A stretch of 30,882 nucleotides of DNA from Caedimonas varicaedens. Its GTDB lineage: Bacteria > Pseudomonadota > Alphaproteobacteria > Caedimonadales > Caedimonadaceae. How positions within the stretch are numbered: position 1 is the stretch's first letter; each line of letters starts with the position of its first letter. The stretch covers positions 1 through 30,882 of the forward strand of contig BBVC01000021.1 of NCBI GenBank assembly GCA_001192655.1, in the 5' to 3' direction. This document shows positions 25,645 through 30,882 of this stretch, one piece after another. The notes under the pieces are model-generated. The model made no database searches. It saw nothing but the letters and a program-made list of their open reading frames with translations, and had not been told where the DNA came from. The translations under genes were made by a program, and so were the position numbers.

Positions 25645-26976
25645 ATGGCGTCTGCAGCAGAACAATTAGCAGCAAATTTTGATCTTAGTACTTTTCGTAA
25701 GGCAGAAGATTTAAAGAAAAGACTTTGGTTCACTTTGTTTGCGCTCCTTATATTTCGTTTAGGGACATATCTTCCTATTCCTGGTATTGATACAGAAGTC
25801 ATGAGGTCCATTGCAAATCGTCAATCTACCGGTATTCTAGGAATTTTCGACAAGTTTTCAGGTGGTGCTCTTGGTCGAATGACTATTTTTGCTTTGGGTA
25901 TTATGCCGTATATCTCTTCAAGTATTATCATTCAATTGTTAACAGCCGTTTCTCCCCAGCTTGAAGCTTTGAAAAAAGAGGGAGAGTCAGGGCGTAAGAA
26001 ATTGAACCAATACACGCGTTATGGGACAGTTTTACTGGCGACGATCCAATCTTATGGTATCGCGGTTGCTCTTGAGGCTTTGGTTGAACAGCCGGTGACT
26101 GAACCAGGAATGTTGTTTCGCTTTTCAACAGTTATAACTCTTACAGGCGGGACATTGTTTCTCATGTGGTTGGGCGAACAAATTACTCAGCGAGGTGTTG
26201 GAAATGGTGTTTCCTTGTTGATCTTTTCAGGAATTGTTGCTGGAATGCCTCATGCCATTGCCTCCACGTTAGAGTTAGGGCGTCAGGGGACTCTTAAACC
26301 TCTTATCATTTTTGCTGTTATTGTAATGCTTGGGCTTGCCTTAACTTTTATTGTTTTTATGGAGCGAGCACAAAGAAGGATTTTTATCCAATATCCTAAA
26401 CGTCAGGTAGGAATGAAAGTTTATGGAGGACAAAGCTCTCACTTGCCGATGAAGTTGAATACTTCTGGTGTGATCCCTCCAATTTTTGCAAGTTCATTAT
26501 TATTGTTGCCTGTAACTGTTTCTAATTTTGGTGCTGCGAGCGATCCTGATAGTTTTTTAGCTAAGATGGGGCAATATATAGGTCATGGGCAGCCTATTTA
26601 TTATGCGTTTTTTATCGGACTCATTGTTTTCTTTGCCTTTTTTTATACGGCAGTCGTTTTTAATCCAACTGAGACTGCTGATAATTTAAAGAAAAATGGT
26701 GCTATTGTGCCTGGGTATCGTCCTGGACGTAATACCGCTGAGTTCCTCGATTATGTCTTGACGCGTTTGACAGTTTTAGGGGTCGCTTACCTTTCTCTTA
26801 TCTGTACCGTGCCCGAATACTTTATTACGAAATATTCATTGCCTTTTTATTTGGGTGGTACAAGCTTATTGATTGTCGTGAGTGTGAGTATTGATACTGT
26901 AGCTCAAATTCAGGCGCATTTATTAGCTCATCAATATGAAGGGTTGATTCGCAAGTCGCGACCAAAGGATAAGTAA
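25645..26976 (+). CDS. secY: Preprotein translocase subunit SecY
   Basis: 443 aa, multi-pass membrane protein, with LGTYLPIPGID, GIMPYISSSIIIQLL and WLGEQITQRGVGNGVSLLIF. Confidence 0.98.
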   Translation: MASAAEQLAANFDLSTFRKAEDLKKRLWFTLFALLIFRLGTYLPIPGIDTEVMRSIANRQSTGILGIFDKFSGGALGRMTIFALGIMPYISSSIIIQLLTAVSPQLEALKKEGESGRKKLNQYTRYGTVLLATIQSYGIAVALEALVEQPVTEPGMLFRFSTVITLTGGTLFLMWLGEQITQRGVGNGVSLLIFSGIVAGMPHAIASTLELGRQGTLKPLIIFAVIVMLGLALTFIVFMERAQRRIFIQYPKRQVGMKVYGGQSSHLPMKLNTSGVIPPIFASSLLLLPVTVSNFGAASDPDSFLAKMGQYIGHGQPIYYAFFIGLIVFFAFFYTAVVFNPTETADNLKKNGAIVPGYRPGRNTAEFLDYVLTRLTVLGVAYLSLICTVPEYFITKYSLPFYLGGTSLLIVVSVSIDTVAQIQAHLLAHQYEGLIRKSRPKDK

Positions 26977-26979
26977 AGA

Positions 26980-27672
26980 ATGAATCTCATATTACTGGGG
27001 CCTCCTGGTGCGGGAAAAGGAACCCAAGGAGCTATTATTCAAGAGCGACAAGGGTTGTTAAAGATCAGTACTGGCGATCTTGTGCGCGAAGAGATTGCCC
27101 TGGGTTCTGAATTAGGGAAATTGATTCAAAAAATTGTTGAATCAGGGCAATTTCCTACCGATGAAATTGTTATGGATATGGTTGATAAAAAATTGCAGCT
27201 AGGATCAAAAGGTTGGATTTTTGATGGTGTGCCTCGCACACAATATCAAGCTGAGATGTTGGATGTGCTTTTGACGCAGTTGAATAAGAAAATAGATGCT
27301 GTTATTGCATTCAAAGTAGATGAAAAAAAACTGCAGGATCGCATCACGACTCGTTACACCTGTGTTAAATGTGGAAAAATTTATAGTAAGTTTATAAAAC
27401 CTCAACAAGAGGGAGTTTGCGATTATTGTGGATCTAGTGATTTTGTTCACCGAACAGATGATAGTGCTGAGACACTGAGAACGCGTTTAAGTATCTATCA
27501 TGAAAAAACAGAGCCATTGGTTGCATTTTATAAGAATAAGGGTGTTTTCTATGAAGTTGATGGAATGGGGGAAGTGAAAGATGTAACGCGTCAGATTGAA
27601 GGAATTATTCGTTCTCTGTCGCATGATACAGAAGTGCTTGAAAGAAAAGGTGTGATGGGTATTGACTTTTAG
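26980..27672 (+). CDS. adk: Adenylate kinase (long lid with four-Cys motif)
   Basis: 230 aa. P-loop GPPGAGKGTQ, lid CVKC-x15-CDYC (27361-27429) and RTDD. Its position after secY is typical of Alphaproteobacteria and Gram-positives. Confidence 0.96.
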   Translation: MNLILLGPPGAGKGTQGAIIQERQGLLKISTGDLVREEIALGSELGKLIQKIVESGQFPTDEIVMDMVDKKLQLGSKGWIFDGVPRTQYQAEMLDVLLTQLNKKIDAVIAFKVDEKKLQDRITTRYTCVKCGKIYSKFIKPQQEGVCDYCGSSDFVHRTDDSAETLRTRLSIYHEKTEPLVAFYKNKGVFYEVDGMGEVKDVTRQIEGIIRSLSHDTEVLERKGVMGIDF

Positions 27673-27738
27673 GGGTTAACACAAGTACATTCCTCTTCTT
27701 GATGGTGGGTATTAATATTTTAGGGTAAGGAGCAGATC

Positions 27739-28107
27739 GTGGCGCGTATAGCTGGGGTCAATATACCAACACAAAAGCGAGTGATTATAGGTCTGAGATA
27801 TATTTATGGCTTAGGGTCCATGAAGGCACGTGAAATTTGTTTAAAGGCTGGTATTCCGGATCATCGTCGTGTGAAAGACTTGACAGATGAAGAAGTTGTT
27901 AAAATTCGTGAATATATTGATGCTGATTATAAAGTTGAAGGTGATCTGCGTCGTGAAATATCCATGAATATTAAACGGTTAACAGATCTTGGCTGCTATC
28001 GTGGTTTACGGCATCGCAAGAAGTTGCCTGTACGTGGGCAGCGTACTCATACTAATGCTCGTACACGCAAGGGTAAAGCTGTTGCGATTGCGGGTAAGAA
28101 GAAATAA
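27739..28107 (+). CDS. rpsM: 30S ribosomal protein S13
   Basis: 122 aa with [10 protein letters not shown] and [30 protein letters not shown] start with AAGGAG SD upstream. Confidence 0.97.
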   Translation: MARIAGVNIPTQKRVIIGLRYIYGLGSMKAREICLKAGIPDHRRVKDLTDEEVVKIREYIDADYKVEGDLRREISMNIKRLTDLGCYRGLRHRKKLPVRGQRTHTNARTRKGKAVAIAGKKK

Positions 28108-28131
28108 TTTTTGAAGAGTTAGGATTGAAAA

Positions 28132-28521
28132 ATGGCGAAGCCAGCGGGACGTTTACGCAGAAAAGAGCGGAAAAACATCACATCAGGTGTGGCTCATGTA
28201 AATGCCACATTCAACAACACCATGATTACGATTGCGGATGTACAAGGAAATACAGTGTCGTGGTCATCAGCAGGAACGATGGGCTTTAAGGGGTCTCGCA
28301 AGTCCACACCTTACGCAGCACAAATGGCTGCAGAAGATGCAGGACGTAAGGCTGCGGAGCATGGTATGCGTCTTTTAGAAGTTGAGGTTAATGGTCCTGG
28401 CTCTGGGCGTGAGTCTGCCTTGCGTGCTTTGCAATCAGCAGGTTTTACGATAACAGTGATTCGAGATGTTACGCCTGTTCCTCACAATGGGTGTCGGCCT
28501 CCTAAGCGTCGTCGTGTTTAA
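28132..28521 (+). CDS. rpsK: 30S ribosomal protein S11
   Basis: 129 aa with [22 protein letters not shown] and [18 protein letters not shown]. Confidence 0.98.
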   Translation: MAKPAGRLRRKERKNITSGVAHVNATFNNTMITIADVQGNTVSWSSAGTMGFKGSRKSTPYAAQMAAEDAGRKAAEHGMRLLEVEVNGPGSGRESALRALQSAGFTITVIRDVTPVPHNGCRPPKRRRV

Positions 28522-28562
28522 GGGTACATTTTCAAATATAGTTTAGATCAAGAGGTGAACTC

Positions 28563-29579
28563 GTGATACAAAAAAATTGGCAAGAACTTATTAAGCCGCT
28601 CAAATTAAATGTAGATGGCTTTCAAGATAATAAAAAGCATTCAAGAGTGATAGCAGAACCGTTAGAGCGGGGGTTTGGCCTTACTTTGGGTAATGCGTTG
28701 CGTCGTATTATGTTATCTTCACTTCAGGGCTCTGCTATTACAGGCGTTCAAATTGAAGGTATTCAGCACGAATTTGGTTCTATCCCTGGTGTTATGGAAG
28801 ATGTGACTGAAATTATTATGAACCTTAAGGGATTATCTATAAAAAAACATTCTGATATGCCCAAAAAACTGCGTTTGAAGGCAGAAGGTCCTGGAGTTAT
28901 CAAAGCATCTCAATTTGAATCTAATTCTGATATTGAAATTTTAGATCCTGATCTGGTTATTTGTACTTTGGATAAGGATGCAAAAATAGCTCTTGAAGTT
29001 ACAGTGAAGAATGGAAAAGGTTATATTCCGGCAGGACAACAGGTTGATGAAGAAGTTCCCATAGGAATGATTCCGATAGATGCGATTTATAGTCCAGTAC
29101 GTCGTGTATCGTATAAAGTTGAAAATACACGTGTGGGTCAACGTACTGATTTTGACAAACTTATTCTTGATATTGAAACAAATGGGTCTTTAACGCCAGA
29201 AGATGCAGTTGCGTTAGCAGCTCGTATTTTACAAGATCAACTACAGAGGTTTATCAATTTTGAAGAGCCATTAGTTACGGAAGAAAGTCATCAAGATACA
29301 GAATTGCCTTTTAGCCGTAATTTATTAATACCTGTTGCAAACTTGGAATTGTCTGTTCGTTCAAGCAATTGTCTTCTTGCAGATAATGTTATTTGGGTTG
29401 GTGATTTAGTTCAAAAATCAGAAACTGATCTCTTGCGCACTCCTAACTTTGGTCGTAAATCCTTGAATGAGATTAAGGAAGTATTGGCTAATATGGGACT
29501 TGAACTGGGGATGAAAGTTGAGGGTTGGCCTCCTGAAAATATTGAAGATCTTACCCGACGAAATGAAGAGCTCTATTAA
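28563..29579 (+). CDS. rpoA: DNA-directed RNA polymerase subunit alpha
   Basis: 338 aa. N-terminus [26 protein letters not shown], and C-terminal domain [11 protein letters not shown]...[22 protein letters not shown] start with AGAGGTGA upstream. Confidence 0.97.
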   Translation: MIQKNWQELIKPLKLNVDGFQDNKKHSRVIAEPLERGFGLTLGNALRRIMLSSLQGSAITGVQIEGIQHEFGSIPGVMEDVTEIIMNLKGLSIKKHSDMPKKLRLKAEGPGVIKASQFESNSDIEILDPDLVICTLDKDAKIALEVTVKNGKGYIPAGQQVDEEVPIGMIPIDAIYSPVRRVSYKVENTRVGQRTDFDKLILDIETNGSLTPEDAVALAARILQDQLQRFINFEEPLVTEESHQDTELPFSRNLLIPVANLELSVRSSNCLLADNVIWVGDLVQKSETDLLRTPNFGRKSLNEIKEVLANMGLELGMKVEGWPPENIEDLTRRNEELY

Positions 29580-29611
29580 GACACTATTGAGAGGTTAAGG
29601 AGAAAACAGCG

Positions 29612-30037
29612 ATGCGCCATCAAATGCACGGACGCAAATTTAATCGGACAAGTAGTCAACGTTATGCTTTATTGCGCGGACTTGCAGGGTCCTTGATTGA
29701 GCATGAACAAATTCAGACAACTTTGCAAAAAGCTAAAGATCTTCGGCCTTTTATAGAAAAATTAGTCACGCTTGGTCGTTTGAATACGTTACATGCTCGT
29801 CGACAGGCCTTATCTGTCCTGCGCAGTGAAGAATTAGTTACGAAGTTAATGACTATTCTAGCAGAACGTTATAAAGATCGTCCTGGTGGATACACACGTG
29901 TCATTAAAGCCGGATTTCGTTTTGGTGACAATGCTTCTAAGGCTATTATCGAGTTTGTTGATCGTGATACGTCAGCAAAGGGAGCAGTTAATCGTCGGTT
30001 ACATGAGGCTTCTCAAGAGAAAGAAGTAGTTGAATAA
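29612..30037 (+). CDS. rplQ: 50S ribosomal protein L17
   Basis: 141 aa with [32 protein letters not shown] and GGYTRV. AAGGAG SD upstream. Confidence 0.97.
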   Translation: MRHQMHGRKFNRTSSQRYALLRGLAGSLIEHEQIQTTLQKAKDLRPFIEKLVTLGRLNTLHARRQALSVLRSEELVTKLMTILAERYKDRPGGYTRVIKAGFRFGDNASKAIIEFVDRDTSAKGAVNRRLHEASQEKEVVE

Positions 30038-30043
30038 AAAGAT

Positions 30044-30090
30044 TTTAGAGAAGAGGAGGTATAGACTTCATCTCTAAATTTCTTCAGTTT
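30044..30090 (+). terminator. Possible intrinsic terminator after rplQ
   Basis: Imperfect AT-rich hairpin: TTTAGAGAAGAGG (30044-30056) pairs with CTTCATCTCTAAA (30066-30078) with one mismatch and one G-U pair. It is followed by the T-rich TTTCTTCAGTTTCTT. The stem is weak, so confidence is only moderate. Confidence 0.35.
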
Positions 30091-30779
30091 CTTCGAAAAT
30101 TTTGGTTGTTTGCAGCGTATCCTTTCTTTTAACAGACTTTTTCATAATCTTTTTAGCGATGATGATACAAATGGACACTCGAGCTTTGCGAATGCAATTT
30201 AAGGTAGAGGAGAAGGGCGGTAGTTTTTTAACTCTATGAACTAAGACAGAAAACTAGCGATAGGTATTATATAGAAGATCTCTATAAATTCTTTTGCCTC
30301 ATTGCTTGTCTGTTTCTTGCGTGTACAAAGAATGTTTTCATTTTTTCTTTTTAATGAAGAAACCTATCTTGACATTATCTTTCTTTAATCAAAAAGATAC
30401 TACCAGATTTTTCTAAAATTTTCATAGAGCGTATGAACGAAGTCGGCGTTTTTAGGGGTGGGTATGCATAAAGACGAAAGTGCGCCCATGAAGATCGTCC
30501 CGAATAAAGCCTGAAATTATGAGTGATCAGCTTCGCCATACAGCCTTTGACCGAGCATTAAAAGCTGAGCTGTTTAACACCCATGTTTTCAAAAGTATAG
30601 TTGCAGGCTTCTACGATCATGATGATCCATCTTCATTCAGGGTAATAAACTGGTCTTGACTATAATCGTTCTCTCTAAAAAATAAAAAAAGAACCATTGC
30701 CGATTTTTATCCATGAAGTCGTATGGAAACCAGGAAAAAAGAAAGCGTATAACAATATAGCTAACAACATATAAAACGG

Positions 30780-30882
30780 TCATATTTTATTATCCTGAAA
30801 TAATTGCTCGATAGAACACCTTTTTTTGCGTCTAATTGCTTTTGCTTGTGCCCATTTATGCTCGATGGGATTAAAGTCTGGA
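30780..30882 (-). mobile_element. IS630-family (Tc1/mariner-like DDE) transposase, C-terminal 33 codons plus stop; the rest lies beyond the right window edge
   Basis: Minus-strand translation from 30881 gives PDFNPIEHKWAQAKAIRRKKRCSIEQLFQDNKI followed by a stop (TGA at 30782-30780). The block (Y/S)PD(L/F)NPIE..W...K is the conserved C-terminal catalytic-acidic-residue motif of IS630-family transposases. It is absent from the ORF track because it is under 60 aa and truncated. Confidence 0.7.

Noticed and set aside
30074-30239. Small ORFs downstream of rplQ: minus strand 30145-30074 (MKKSVKRKDTLQTTKIFEETEEI) and plus strand 30159-30239 (MMIQMDTRALRMQFKVEEKGGSFLTL)
   Set aside because: They are 23-26 codons long, lack a convincing SD and have no recognisable motif. 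ORFs of this length are expected by chance in AT-rich DNA.
30232-30430. 9-bp inverted repeat CTCTATGAA (30232-30240) / TTCATAGAG (30421-30429), and similar ATCTCTAAATT-like motifs at about 30070 and 30278
   Set aside because: The matches are too short and do not extend on either side. They are compatible with chance in low-complexity AT-rich sequence, so they are not good evidence for a MITE or IS ends.
30675-30770. 31-codon hydrophobic ORF on the minus strand just downstream of the transposase stop (MLLAILLYAFFFPGFHTTSWIKIGNGSFFIF)
   Set aside because: Its hydrophobicity is explained by translating a T-rich tract. The region most likely holds the IS terminal sequence, and nothing supports it as a gene.

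Overview
This window is almost entirely the conserved bacterial translation/transcription super-cluster. It lies on the + strand and is tightly packed, with most spacers 0-30 nt and several stop/start overlaps. The order is tRNA-Trp, secE-nusG, rplK-rplA, rplJ-rplL, rpoB-rpoC, the str operon (rpsL-rpsG-fusA-tuf), the S10 operon (rpsJ to rpsQ), the spc operon (rplN to rplO-secY-adk) and the alpha operon (rpsM-rpsK-rpoA-rplQ). Three things look alphaproteobacterial: adk follows secY, infA/rpmJ/rpsD are absent from the cluster, and RpoA starts [12 protein letters not shown]. The DNA looks moderately AT-rich by eye. A symbiont or intracellular lineage is only a guess. All identifications come from recognising protein motifs and synteny; no database search was run. 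I moved several ORF-track starts to shorter, homology- and SD-supported starts (rplA, rplJ, rplC, rpmC, rplX, rplE, rpmD, rplO). The long minus-strand ORFs are antisense artefacts. The only non-core DNA is the last ~845 nt. It holds a ~740-nt AT-rich stretch with no ORF of 60 aa or more, followed at the right edge by the C-terminal end of an IS630-family transposase on the minus strand (absent from the ORF track). I see no evidence for a novel multi-gene system here. The findings are modest: an unusual G-ending codon usage confined to tuf, natural substitutions in the RpoB rifampicin cluster, a four-Cys lid in Adk, structured leaders and attenuators, and the eroded, IS-bounded right flank.
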